A DNA stretch of 64,000 bases from Myxococcota bacterium. GTDB taxonomy: Bacteria > Myxococcota_A > UBA9160 > UBA4427. Shown piece by piece: positions 10,118 to 19,364 of the stretch. Location of the stretch: contig OZ252299.1 in assembly GCA_965250285.1 (NCBI GenBank), positions 384,001 to 448,000 on the forward strand, written 5' to 3'. The notes under the pieces are model-generated. The model ran no database searches. It was given only the letters and a program-made list of their open reading frames with translations, and was not told the origin of the DNA. Position 1 is the stretch's first letter, and each line of letters starts with the position of its first letter. The position numbers and the translations under genes are program-made.

Positions 10118-11794
10118 GTGACCCCGGGCACGAAGTCGGCCGCCGTCGAGACGTGGCGCGTGCGGGCCCTGCCGCTCGCGCTCGACGAGGACGAGCGCGT
10201 GCTGCTCGGGCGCGCGTGCGACGAGATCGGCGTCGACCCCGGCGACGTGCTCGCCCTCCGGCTCGCGCGCAAGTCGGTCGACGCGCGGAAGCAACGCGGT
10301 CAACGGCGCGTCCGTTTCGTCGTGCACGTCGATCTCGATCTCGAAGCCGGTCTCGAAGCGCGCGGGGGCGAGGTGTTCGAGCGCGCTCGACGCGGCGGGC
10401 GCGTCGCGCTGCAGCACGCGGCCCAGGGCTTCGAGGTCGAAGGCGCCGAGCGCCCGCCGGGTGGCGCGCGCGTCGTCGTCGTGGGCTCGGGGCCGGCCGG
10501 GCTCTTCGCCGCGCTCGCGCTCGCGCGCAACGGGGTGCCGGTCGACGTGCTCGATCGCGGGCCCGATCTGCGCGCGCGCGGCCGGGCCGTCGCGCGCTTC
10601 GTCCGCTCGCGCGAGCCCGACCCCGAGGCCAACCTGCTCTTTGGCTGCGGCGGCGCGGGCACCTACAGCGATGGCAAGCTCTACACGCGGGTCGATCACC
10701 CGATCGAGGGCGCGATCATCGAAGAGCTCGTGGCGTGCGGCGCGCCGCCCGAGATCGCCTGGGACGCGCGCGCCCACATCGGCACCGACCAGCTGCACCG
10801 GGTTCTGCCGAAGCTCATCGCACGCCTCGAAGGGCTCGGTGTGCGCCTTCATTGGGGTGTGCGCGTCGAGGGGCTCGTGAGCGAGGACGGGCCCGCGCGC
10901 GCGGTGCGGGCGCTGCGCACGAGCGAAGGCGATTGGCCGTGCGCCGGCGTGCTGCTCGCCCTCGGCCATAGCGCCCGCGACTCGTTCGAGGTGCTGCGGC
11001 GCGATGGCCTCGTGTTCGCATCGAAGCCCTTCCAGCTCGGGGTGCGCATCGAGCACCCGCAAGCCTTGATCGATCGGGGTCGCTACGGCCCGCCCGAGAT
11101 CGTCGAGCAGCTGGGCCATGCCTACTACGCGCTGTCGGCGCGCGCGAGTGAAGGCATCGCCGGCGCGCACAGCTTCTGCATGTGTCCGGGGGGGCAAATC
11201 GTCGGCACCGTGAACGTGCCCGGCCTGCTCTGCACGAACGGCATGAGCAACTCGCGACACTCGTCGCCCTGGGCGAACGCCGGGCTCGTCACGACGCTGG
11301 GCCCGGCCGAGTTCGGTCCCGAGCCGTTCGACGGCTTGAAGCTGCAGGCCGAGCTCGAAGCCCGCTTCTTCGAGGCGGGCGGCGGCGACTACACCGCGCC
11401 GGCGCAGCGCGCCGATGACTTCATCGCGGGGCGCGAGAGTCGCGGCGAGCTCGCTTCGAGCTACAAGCTCGGCACGTGCGCCCGGCGCGTCGATGCGCTG
11501 CTGCCGGAGCGCGTGCGGGATGCCCTGCGCCACGCGCTCGGACGCTTCGATCACGCGATCCCCGGCTTCGGCGGGCCCGACGGTCTGCTCGTCGGCATCG
11601 AGTCGCGCAGCTCGGCGCCGATTCGCATGCCGCGAGATCCGGTGACGCGACGCGCTGCGGGCTTTGCCAACGTCTTTCCGGTCGGGGAGGGCGCTGGCTA
11701 CGCCGGCGGCATCATGAGCGCGGCGATCGACGGCGCCCGCTCGGCCCGGGCGCTGCTGGGCGTGTACGAACCACCTCGGCGAGGCGACGGTTGA
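10118..11794 (+). CDS. FAD-dependent oxidoreductase (uncharacterised FAD dehydrogenase family)
   Basis: VVGSGPAGLFAA, GGAGTYSDGKL, HIGTD, SFCMCPGG, GEGAGYAGGIMSAAIDG. Confidence 0.88.
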   Translation: MTPGTKSAAVETWRVRALPLALDEDERVLLGRACDEIGVDPGDVLALRLARKSVDARKQRGQRRVRFVVHVDLDLEAGLEARGGEVFERARRGGRVALQHAAQGFEVEGAERPPGGARVVVVGSGPAGLFAALALARNGVPVDVLDRGPDLRARGRAVARFVRSREPDPEANLLFGCGGAGTYSDGKLYTRVDHPIEGAIIEELVACGAPPEIAWDARAHIGTDQLHRVLPKLIARLEGLGVRLHWGVRVEGLVSEDGPARAVRALRTSEGDWPCAGVLLALGHSARDSFEVLRRDGLVFASKPFQLGVRIEHPQALIDRGRYGPPEIVEQLGHAYYALSARASEGIAGAHSFCMCPGGQIVGTVNVPGLLCTNGMSNSRHSSPWANAGLVTTLGPAEFGPEPFDGLKLQAELEARFFEAGGGDYTAPAQRADDFIAGRESRGELASSYKLGTCARRVDALLPERVRDALRHALGRFDHAIPGFGGPDGLLVGIESRSSAPIRMPRDPVTRRAAGFANVFPVGEGAGYAGGIMSAAIDGARSARALLGVYEPPRRGDG

Positions 11795-11812
11795 CGTGGC
11801 GTCACGCGTCGA

Positions 11813-12898
11813 TCAGCGGGGCGGGACGCCCTTGCCAAAGACGTTGATCCCGCGATTGAACGGCGCCTGCCGCTCGGGGTCGTAGCCCGAGGCCTCGGGC
11901 GGCGGTTCGCCCCAGATCGGGTGGGCGTGCGCTTCGGGCAGGTGCTTCGCGAGGCGCGACTGCGTGTGGTCGTCGAGCGCCTGCCACTCGCGCCGGAGCT
12001 CTTCGAGACACCACACGCGGTAGCGTGAGCTCGGCACGTCGACGTAGCGCTGCCCCTGGATCTTCATCGCGTAGCGCGTCTGCCCCTCGGCCCAGGCCAC
12101 GGCGTTCTGGCGCAGCTGCTCGACGTGGGTCTCGCACGCCTCGCGCAGCAGGTCGGCGAGGGGGGCGTCGACGTCGTCGATCAGGGTCGCGGGGGCGCCC
12201 GTCGGCCGCGCATTCCAGACGCGGGCCGTCCACTCGAACACGCCCGAGGCCTGCTGGCGCATGATCTCGGCGGGGGTCGGATCCTGGGCGAAGTGGCGGA
12301 ACATCGGCGCCATCAGGCCGAAGTCGGCGATCGTCGGCGCGTCGCCCAGCACGTAGGGGCGAGTGGCGAAGATGCGCTCGAGGCAGTCGAGCGCCGTGAA
12401 GTAGCCTCGCTCGACGTGATCCCACGTATCGGCGGTGACGCCATCGCCGCGAACGAACCCGTTCAGCTGCCGACGCCAGATGCGCCCCCGCCGCAGAAAC
12501 CGGGGCGCCTTCACGTGGGCCCCCTGTTCGTCTGCCAGTGAGCCGCCCAGGTGCTGGCGATCGATGAGATAGCTCCAGCGGTAGTGCATGGCGGGGCGCC
12601 AGAGCCACTCGTCGGCATAGTCTTCGACGAGCAGCGCGATGAATCGAAGGCCCGGATCGCCCGGGTAGATCGATGGCGCGCTCTGTTGCGCATCGAGCCA
12701 GGCGAGCATCGGGCTCGAGTCGGTCATCCAGCGGCCGTCGTCGAGTCGGGCGACGGGCATCTGCGTGGTGCCCGCACCGTCGAGCACCTCGCGGACGTGG
12801 GCATACGTGGGAAGCAGCTCGTAGTCGATGCTGCGGTAGCGCAGATACGCTTCGAGCTTGCCCGTGTAGTACGAATGCTTGCTGCCGTAGACCTTCAT
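11813..12898 (-). CDS. Glutathione S-transferase family protein
   Basis: SYYTGKLEAYLRY, QMPV, TDSSP, YADEWLWRPAMHYRW, PTIADF; start uncertain (12898 or 12931). Confidence 0.85.
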   Translation of the reverse strand: MKVYGSKHSYYTGKLEAYLRYRSIDYELLPTYAHVREVLDGAGTTQMPVARLDDGRWMTDSSPMLAWLDAQQSAPSIYPGDPGLRFIALLVEDYADEWLWRPAMHYRWSYLIDRQHLGGSLADEQGAHVKAPRFLRRGRIWRRQLNGFVRGDGVTADTWDHVERGYFTALDCLERIFATRPYVLGDAPTIADFGLMAPMFRHFAQDPTPAEIMRQQASGVFEWTARVWNARPTGAPATLIDDVDAPLADLLREACETHVEQLRQNAVAWAEGQTRYAMKIQGQRYVDVPSSRYRVWCLEELRREWQALDDHTQSRLAKHLPEAHAHPIWGEPPPEASGYDPERQAPFNRGINVFGKGVPPR

Positions 12899-12953
12899 GC
12901 ATGGACCTTCATGGTCGCCGTCCGCCGTCATGAGTGCGGCGAGCGTCGCCGCG

Positions 12954-13979
12954 TCAATCCTCGATGCTGCCCCAGGCGTTGCCATTTCGCTTGCGCCACC
13001 CGGCCAGCGGCTCGGGCAGATAGCCCGTCGCGGCGTGGCGGTCGATCACCGAACGATGCACGAGCGCGCCCTTGGGCATGCGCCGGGGGCGCTGGCGCCC
13101 CCGCAGCCGCCACATGAGGCTCCACGACTCGCTCAGCTCGACGCGCTCGAGGCCGTCGAGGGCGCCGTGCACATGCTTCTCGAAGCGCAGGCCGGTGGTG
13201 TCGGCCTCGCGGACCATCCACCCGAGCGGGATGTCGCTCGCGCGATTTCGCTTCTGGCCCTCGACGCCCCCGCCCACGTCGCTGTGGACCCCGGCGAACC
13301 AGACCTGCTTGAGGTCGGCGGCCGACTTCTTCTTCCAGAGGGTCGGCGCGAAATCCTTGCGCAGCTCGTCGATCGCGACGGCGTGCCGCGCGACGTCGAC
13401 GCTCGAGCCGAGCTCTTCGTCGTAGAAGAGATCGGCCTCGTCGACGAACGCGAGCACCCGGGTGGGGATGCCGAGCGCGCCGACCGTATCCCAGACGCCG
13501 AGGAACCGGACGGGGCCCCGCTCGGCCTCGACGCAGTGCCGCTTGCGCCAGTCGGATGCCGCGTCGTCCGAAGGCTTGATGTCGCTCTGCTTGTAGAAGT
13601 CGAAGGCCTTCGGGATGTGCTGGGCGCGGCTTCGCTTCAGGATGCCGCACTTGTTCAGCATGCCGGCGAGCGCACGTGCCGTGTAGGCACCGCGGCTGAA
13701 GCCGAACAGGAAGATCTCGTCGCCGGGATCATAATTCTGAACGATGAACCGGTAGCCATCCTGGATGTTCTTCATGATGCCCAGGCCCGACACGCCGGCG
13801 CGCGTCTTCGAGTACGTCGTGCCGACCCCCCAGTCGTAGAACACGACCTGCTGCACGCCGTGCTCGTCTTCGGGCTGGATCGATCGCGCGACCCGCACGA
13901 CGTTCGTGGGGTTCTCGGCCTCGGGGTCGTTCCACGTGCCGTCGGAACAAATGACGATGCGTTTCTTCGCGGTGGGCAT
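12954..13979 (-). CDS. DUF2235 alpha/beta hydrolase (Tle1-like phospholipase fold)
   Basis: ICSDGTWN, TNV, GFSRGAYTAR, GVWDTV, HAVAIDELR, WFAGVHSDVGG. Confidence 0.92.
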   Translation of the reverse strand: MPTAKKRIVICSDGTWNDPEAENPTNVVRVARSIQPEDEHGVQQVVFYDWGVGTTYSKTRAGVSGLGIMKNIQDGYRFIVQNYDPGDEIFLFGFSRGAYTARALAGMLNKCGILKRSRAQHIPKAFDFYKQSDIKPSDDAASDWRKRHCVEAERGPVRFLGVWDTVGALGIPTRVLAFVDEADLFYDEELGSSVDVARHAVAIDELRKDFAPTLWKKKSAADLKQVWFAGVHSDVGGGVEGQKRNRASDIPLGWMVREADTTGLRFEKHVHGALDGLERVELSESWSLMWRLRGRQRPRRMPKGALVHRSVIDRHAATGYLPEPLAGWRKRNGNAWGSIED

Positions 13980-14075
13980 GGGCGTCCTCCGATGGGGGAG
14001 CCTTGATGCTAGTGCGCGGGCACAGTGTCGTCCGTGCGATCTTCGTGGCGCGTGCGTGCAGGTTGGAGCCGGGGA

Positions 14076-14489
14076 TCAGCCGAGCTCGACCAACGCCGTC
14101 CCCATCACCCGCGTCTCGCCCGCCTCGTTCACGATCGTCATGTCGATCTCGGCGACGCGTTCGTCGTCGCGCAGGTCGGTGACGACGCCGCGGCAGCGGG
14201 GCTCGCTGTCGACGATCAATGGCGCACGGAAGATCGTGTCGAGCTTGATGATCTTCGCGTTCGGAGCCCAGGCGTGGATCTGGGCGGCCATGATGCCCTG
14301 GCTCATGATGCCGGGCACGATCGCGCCGGGCAGGCCCGAGGCGCGCGCCTCTTCGTGATCGTTGAAGCGGCCGAACGTCATGTGCGTCGCCTCGGTGAAC
14401 TTGTGGATCGTCGGCATCGTCACGTCGGGCGTGAACTCTTCGAGCTCTTCGCCGAACTCGACGTCTTCGAATCGCTTGGTCTCGGCCAT
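14076..14489 (-). CDS. MaoC-like hot-dog dehydratase subunit
   Basis: DHEEARASGLPGAIVPG motif, FRAP; in the acyl-CoA operon. Confidence 0.8.
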   Translation of the reverse strand: MAETKRFEDVEFGEELEEFTPDVTMPTIHKFTEATHMTFGRFNDHEEARASGLPGAIVPGIMSQGIMAAQIHAWAPNAKIIKLDTIFRAPLIVDSEPRCRGVVTDLRDDERVAEIDMTIVNEAGETRVMGTALVELG

Positions 14490-14502
14490 CTTTCCGTCTG
14501 CC

Positions 14503-14937
14503 CTACGCCTGATCCTTCTGGATGAGCTTCCAGTCGACGATCGACACGAGCTCGCCCGACGCGTTGAAGAACTCCATGCGGTGCACGACGAACATCATGC
14601 CGCCCGAACGACCGGTCTTCTCGAAGATGTCATGAATGTGCGACTTGGCGACGAGCTCTTCGCCGGCGCGGATCGGGGCCTTCGGCTCGACGCACTTGCC
14701 ACCGTCGAAGCTCCGCATCATCTCCATCGGGAAGTCTTCGGGCAGCTGCTTGCGGCCGTGATACCGCGTCGTGTAGTTCGGCACGGCCTGAAAGTCGGGG
14801 TGAGTCGGATCGACGAACCGGGGATCGGTCTCGCCGCAGGCCTCGGCGAATGCCTGCATCTGCCCGGCCTCGGTGGTGAATCGGCTCTCGTCGAACTCGT
14901 GGCCGACGTACTGCTTCTTGAGCGCGGCGACGTCCAT
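14503..14937 (-). CDS. MaoC-like hot-dog dehydratase subunit (N-terminal type)
   Basis: AFAEACGETDPRF, PIRAGEEL, EKTGRSGGMMFV. Confidence 0.82.
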   Translation of the reverse strand: MDVAALKKQYVGHEFDESRFTTEAGQMQAFAEACGETDPRFVDPTHPDFQAVPNYTTRYHGRKQLPEDFPMEMMRSFDGGKCVEPKAPIRAGEELVAKSHIHDIFEKTGRSGGMMFVVHRMEFFNASGELVSIVDWKLIQKDQA

Positions 14938-14967
14938 CGGGGGCTCCTGCTGAATCGGTGGCCGAAG

Positions 14968-15606
14968 CTAGCTCGCCGGCAGCTCGGGTGTCACGGCTTC
15001 GAAGTCGCCGCTCTCGAGCGCCGCGAGCAGGCCCGCCATGTCGCCGATCTCCGTCTCGAAACGGGTCGCGCAGCGCCCGACGTGGCTCACGATGTGCGCA
15101 TCGCTCCCGCCGATGCCGCCATAGCCGTACTGCTCGGCCACCGCGGCGGCCATGTCGTTCTCGTTGCCGCGGCTGCCGCCGTTCAGCGTCTCGACGATGC
15201 GCACGCCCTCGACGGGCCCGCGCGCCTCGTAGTGGGCGCAGAGGCCGACCTTGGTGCGGCCCGGGTGACACGGCACCGCGATGCCGCCGCAGCGGGCCGT
15301 CTCGCGCACCACGGTCTCGCACGAGAGGCCGATCTGGCCGAAGTCGTAGGCGGCGCGCATGTCGTCGTTGACGCCGAAGACGAGCACGTGGCCGTAGTCG
15401 GTCTCGACTTCGCTCGCCTTGAGGATCAGCAGACCGAACTCGTCCTCGAGCGGGCGGTAGTCGCTCTCGTCGTCGAAGAGCCGGTGCTCGCTCAGCACGA
15501 ACCCGTCGATCGGGATCTGCTTCTTGCGGATCCACTGGCAGTAGTTCTCGACCTTGGCGCGACCGTCGTCCGACACGATCGAGTGGTTGTGCAGGTCGAG
15601 GATCAT
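14968..15606 (-). CDS. PHP-domain metallohydrolase
   Basis: DLHNHS..SDDG, SEH, ASEV..GHVL, PCHP, GGSDAH; ATGA overlap with the DUF35 stop. Confidence 0.88.
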   Translation of the reverse strand: MILDLHNHSIVSDDGRAKVENYCQWIRKKQIPIDGFVLSEHRLFDDESDYRPLEDEFGLLILKASEVETDYGHVLVFGVNDDMRAAYDFGQIGLSCETVVRETARCGGIAVPCHPGRTKVGLCAHYEARGPVEGVRIVETLNGGSRGNENDMAAAVAEQYGYGGIGGSDAHIVSHVGRCATRFETEIGDMAGLLAALESGDFEAVTPELPAS

Positions 15607-16013
15607 GCGGGCACGAATCTCGGCACGCCGAGCCCCTCGTCCGTCTTCACGAAGTCGACCTTCACCGCCATGCCGATCGAGACGTCTTCTGGGGCGCAGC
15701 CGACGACGTTGGTCAGCAGTCGCGGCCCCTCTTCGAGGTCGACATACGCGAACACGTAGGGCACCGCCTTCACGAACGCGGGCAACTGGTTCTGGTGCGT
15801 GACGGTGAACGTGTGCACTGTGCCGCGGCCGCTCGCGACGAAATGCTCGATCGAGTCGCCGAGGCAGCTGACGCAAACGGCGCGCGGGCGATGCTGCACC
15901 ACGCCGCAATCGCTGCAGCGCTGTAGCACGAGCTCGCCGCGCCCCGCGCCCTCCCAGTAGCCGCGGGTCTCCCAGTCGCAGTAGGGCGTCTTGTACTGGA
16001 TCTCTTCGGCCAT
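15603..16013 (-). CDS. DUF35 Zn-ribbon/OB-fold protein
   Basis: CSDC...CVSC, SGRGTVHTFT, VDLEEGPRLLTN. Confidence 0.93.
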   Translation of the reverse strand: MAEEIQYKTPYCDWETRGYWEGAGRGELVLQRCSDCGVVQHRPRAVCVSCLGDSIEHFVASGRGTVHTFTVTHQNQLPAFVKAVPYVFAYVDLEEGPRLLTNVVGCAPEDVSIGMAVKVDFVKTDEGLGVPRFVPA

Positions 16014-16028
16014 CGTCGCCTCTTTCGC

Positions 16029-17189
16029 TCAGTCGCGCGTCAACAGCAGGGTGGCGCCGCTGTGCGAGACGCCGAGCGTGCCGCCCGTGCCGTGCGCGAG
16101 CGCGACCTCGGCGCCTTCGACCTGTCGATCGCCGAGCCCGCCGCGCAGCTGGCGCGTTGCTTCGATCACGAGAAAGATGCCGCGCATGCCCGGATGATTC
16201 GAGCTCAGGCCACCGCCATCGGGGTTGACGGGCAGCGCGCCCCCGAGCCCGATGCGGCCGCCTTCGACGAAGGGGCCGCCTTCGCCCAGCTCGCAGAAGC
16301 CCAGGTTCTCGAGCGACGAGAGCACCGTGATCGTGAACGAGTCGTAGATCGTGCAGAGGTCGACGTCGGCGGGCGTCATCCCCGCCATCTCGAATGCCCG
16401 TCGCCCCGAGTCACCCGATGCGACGCGCAGCAGGTCGGGCGCGCCGATCTCTTGATGCCAGACCGCCTCGCCGCAGCCGCGAACCACGACCGGCGGCTGG
16501 CGCAGGTCGCGCGCGCGCTCGGCGCTCGTCACGACCACCGCGCCGCCGCCATCGCTGATGATGCAGCAGTCGAGCAGGTGGAGTGGCTCGCTGATCATGC
16601 GGCTCTCGAGCACGTCGGCGTGGCTGATTGGCTTGCGCATCTTGGCGTCGGGGTTGAGCGACGCATGACGCCGGATCTGCACCGCGATTTCGGCGAGCTG
16701 CTCCGAGGTCGTGCCGTAGAGGTGCATGTGGCGCTGCGCCACGAGCGCGTAGCTGCCGACCGTCGTCATGCCGTAGGGCGAGACGAAGGCGCCCGCGGCG
16801 CTGCGCCCTCCGCCGCCCATGCCGGTGCCGATCGCCATGGCGTTGCTCGCTGCCGTGCTTCCGTAGAGGATGAGCGCGACGTCGCACAGCCCGGCGTGGA
16901 TCGCAGCGGCCGCATGGGTCACGTGCGCGACGAACGACGAGCCGCCGATGTTCGTATCGTCGAGGTAGCGGGGCTTCAGGTTCAGGTACTCGGCGAGGTT
17001 GACCACCGCCATTGGTCCGGCCGAGATCCCCGCCGTGAAGAGCCCGTCGACGTCGTCGAGCGAGAGCCCCGCGTCTTCGAGCGCGCCCCGCGCGCACTCG
17101 GCCATGATCTGCTCTTCGCTCTTGTCGGGCGCCCAGCGCGTCGGATGCTCGTAGACGCCGGCGATGGCGCAGTGACCGGAGAGACTCAC
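16029..17189 (-). CDS. Thiolase-fold (SCP2/Ltp-like) protein lacking the catalytic Cys
   Basis: TNIGGSSF at the usual CxS site, LLDCC..SDGG, YDSFT, NPDGGGLS..HPG, AHGTGG; adjacent to DUF35. Confidence 0.88.
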   Translation of the reverse strand: MSLSGHCAIAGVYEHPTRWAPDKSEEQIMAECARGALEDAGLSLDDVDGLFTAGISAGPMAVVNLAEYLNLKPRYLDDTNIGGSSFVAHVTHAAAAIHAGLCDVALILYGSTAASNAMAIGTGMGGGGRSAAGAFVSPYGMTTVGSYALVAQRHMHLYGTTSEQLAEIAVQIRRHASLNPDAKMRKPISHADVLESRMISEPLHLLDCCIISDGGGAVVVTSAERARDLRQPPVVVRGCGEAVWHQEIGAPDLLRVASGDSGRRAFEMAGMTPADVDLCTIYDSFTITVLSSLENLGFCELGEGGPFVEGGRIGLGGALPVNPDGGGLSSNHPGMRGIFLVIEATRQLRGGLGDRQVEGAEVALAHGTGGTLGVSHSGATLLLTRD

Positions 17190-18001
17190 CGGACCTCCTC
17201 CGTGAACGACCGCAGCAGGCTCGCCACGGCGGCCGAGGCCTCCACCGGCAGCGCATGACCCGCGCCTTCAATCACCTCGAGGCGGGCGGTGGGCGTCGCA
17301 CTGGCCAGGGCGTCGGCGGCCGCGCGCACGGGGGCTCGTTCATGCTCGCCGACGACGACCAGCAGAGGGACGGTGAGCCCGGTTGCTCGTGCACCTTCGT
17401 CGAAGCCGCGGCAGGCCGTCATGTCGCCGAACGTGGCGCGCGGGTCGGTCTTCATCCCCTCCATGAAGTAGGGGCGCATGATGTCCTGGGGCGTGCCCTC
17501 GGCGAACACGCTCACGTCGAAGGGGCGCCGCGCCTTGCCCTCGGTCACGCGCTGCATCAGCGCGTAGGCGTCGTCGTCGACCGGCAGCGTCGCTCCGCAC
17601 CCGATCACGACGACCCCCGCCACCGTGTCCGGCGCATCGAGCGCGACCCGCAGCGCCGCGGCGCCGCCAAGGCCGTGACCGGCGAGCACCGGTCGGTCGA
17701 GCTCGAGCCGGCCGATCGTCGCCCGCACCAGTGCGGCGAGCCGGCCGACATCGCCGAGCGAGTCGAGCTCGCCGGAACGTCCGTGGCCGGGCTGGTCGAA
17801 CGTGATCAGATTGGGTGCGTTGGCCACCTCGGCGAATGCCTCGCGCACGTGCGAGAAATCCCACCCGTGGCGGCCGGCATCGTGGAGCGCGAGCACGGCG
17901 CCGGCGCCGTCCACCTGGGGTGGACGGCCCGGCAGTGTGGTCGGTCCGTCGTGCACGACGTAGAGCGCCGTGTCGTCGACGTGCAGGTACTTTGCGGGCA
18001 A
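17186..18001 (-). CDS. Alpha/beta hydrolase fold protein with Gly in place of the nucleophile Ser
   Basis: FDQPGHGRS, GHGLGG, GEHE, GAGHALP; TTG start after GAGG; overlaps the thiolase start. Confidence 0.8.
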   Translation of the reverse strand: MPAKYLHVDDTALYVVHDGPTTLPGRPPQVDGAGAVLALHDAGRHGWDFSHVREAFAEVANAPNLITFDQPGHGRSGELDSLGDVGRLAALVRATIGRLELDRPVLAGHGLGGAAALRVALDAPDTVAGVVVIGCGATLPVDDDAYALMQRVTEGKARRPFDVSVFAEGTPQDIMRPYFMEGMKTDPRATFGDMTACRGFDEGARATGLTVPLLVVVGEHERAPVRAAADALASATPTARLEVIEGAGHALPVEASAAVASLLRSFTEEVR

Positions 18002-18029
18002 AGCCTCGACCTCGCGGCTCGCCGCCGCT

Positions 18030-19277
18030 CTACTTGCTCGGCGGACCCGTCGGGATGTCCTTGAACGCAAGGCCCTTGTCGGCGCGCGCCTCGGGCGGCA
18101 GCCCGAGCACGCGCTCGGCGATGATGTTGCGCAGCACCTCGTCGGTGCCACCCGCGATGCGCAGGCCCGGGATGCCGAGATAGCGACCCTGCCACTCGGC
18201 CTCCTGCGGCGTGTACGCCTCGTCGAACGATGCGCTCGCCGCGCCCTGGAGCTCCATCGCGAAGGCGGCCATGTCCTGGCCGAGCACCGCGCCGACGAGC
18301 TTGCCGAGGCTGGCCTCGGGGCCGGGCGTCTTGCCCTGGCTGAGCGCCGAGAGCGTGCGATTGCCGGTGAGCTTCACGCCCTGACCGCGAATGTAGAAGT
18401 CGGCGAGCTTGTAGCGCACCGAGCGGTCTTCGATGGCGGGGCGACCGTCGAGGTCGGTCTCCTGCGCGAGGCGGAAGAGGTCGCGCATGCCGCCGGCGCC
18501 CGCGCTGCCGCCGATCGACGAGCGCTCGTTCATGAGCGTCGTGATCGACACGGCCCAGCCGTTGCCGACCTCGCTGATGCGCTGGCTGTCGGGGATGCGC
18601 ACGTCGGTGAAGAACACCTCGTTGAAGCCCTGACCCTTGTTGATCTGCGTGATCGGCCGCACCTCGACGCCCGGTGCGTGCATGTCGACCACGAAGAACG
18701 TGAGGCCCGAGTGCTTGGCCACGGTCGGGTCGGTGCGCACCACCAGAATGCCCCAGTCGCAGAAGTGGGCGCCGGTGGTCCAGATCTTCTGGCCGTTCAC
18801 GATCCAGTCGTCGCCGTCCTTCACGGCCGTGCTGCGCAGGCCGGCCAGATCCGAGCCGGCGCTCGGCTCACTGAAGAGCTGGCACCAGATCTCTTCACCC
18901 GAGATCATCTTCGGGATCCAGCGCTCTTTCTGCGCATCGGTGCCGTGCGTGAGGATGGTCGGTCCGCACATGCCCAGGCCGATGCCGAAGATGCCCGGCG
19001 GCGTGCGGAACTTCGCCTCCTCCTGGTTCCAGATCACGCTCTGCATCGAGTTGCCGCCGCGGCCGCCGAACTCCTTGGGCCAGGTGATGCACGTCCAGCC
19101 GTCGTCGGCCTTCTTCTTCTGCCAGGCCTGCGCTTCCTTCACCGTCTCGGGCGTGGTGCGCTCGCCCAGTGCGTCCGCGCCGGGGTCGCCGGGCTGACGC
19201 AGCTCGGCATTCGCCTCGAGCCAGCTGCGGCACTCGGCGCGGAAGGCGGCCTCTTCGGGGGTGTCGTTGAAATCCAT
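18030..19277 (-). CDS. Acyl-CoA dehydrogenase (putative catalytic subunit of a heteromeric ACAD)
   Basis: WCQLFSEPSAGSDLA, NGQKIWTT, FNEVFF, TLMNER, RIAGGTDEV. Confidence 0.93.
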   Translation of the reverse strand: MDFNDTPEEAAFRAECRSWLEANAELRQPGDPGADALGERTTPETVKEAQAWQKKKADDGWTCITWPKEFGGRGGNSMQSVIWNQEEAKFRTPPGIFGIGLGMCGPTILTHGTDAQKERWIPKMISGEEIWCQLFSEPSAGSDLAGLRSTAVKDGDDWIVNGQKIWTTGAHFCDWGILVVRTDPTVAKHSGLTFFVVDMHAPGVEVRPITQINKGQGFNEVFFTDVRIPDSQRISEVGNGWAVSITTLMNERSSIGGSAGAGGMRDLFRLAQETDLDGRPAIEDRSVRYKLADFYIRGQGVKLTGNRTLSALSQGKTPGPEASLGKLVGAVLGQDMAAFAMELQGAASASFDEAYTPQEAEWQGRYLGIPGLRIAGGTDEVLRNIIAERVLGLPPEARADKGLAFKDIPTGPPSK

Positions 19278-19364
19278 GGGGTGTTCCTCTCTGTCTCGCG
19301 GTGCGTCGCCGGCGCGGCCTGCGCGCTTCGGACGACGCCCTGGGTCGGTTTCGAAGCGGCGCGT

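Noticed and set aside
12954..13979. Type VI secretion effector locus
   Set aside because: DUF2235 is present but there is no vgrG, PAAR or immunity lipoprotein gene nearby.
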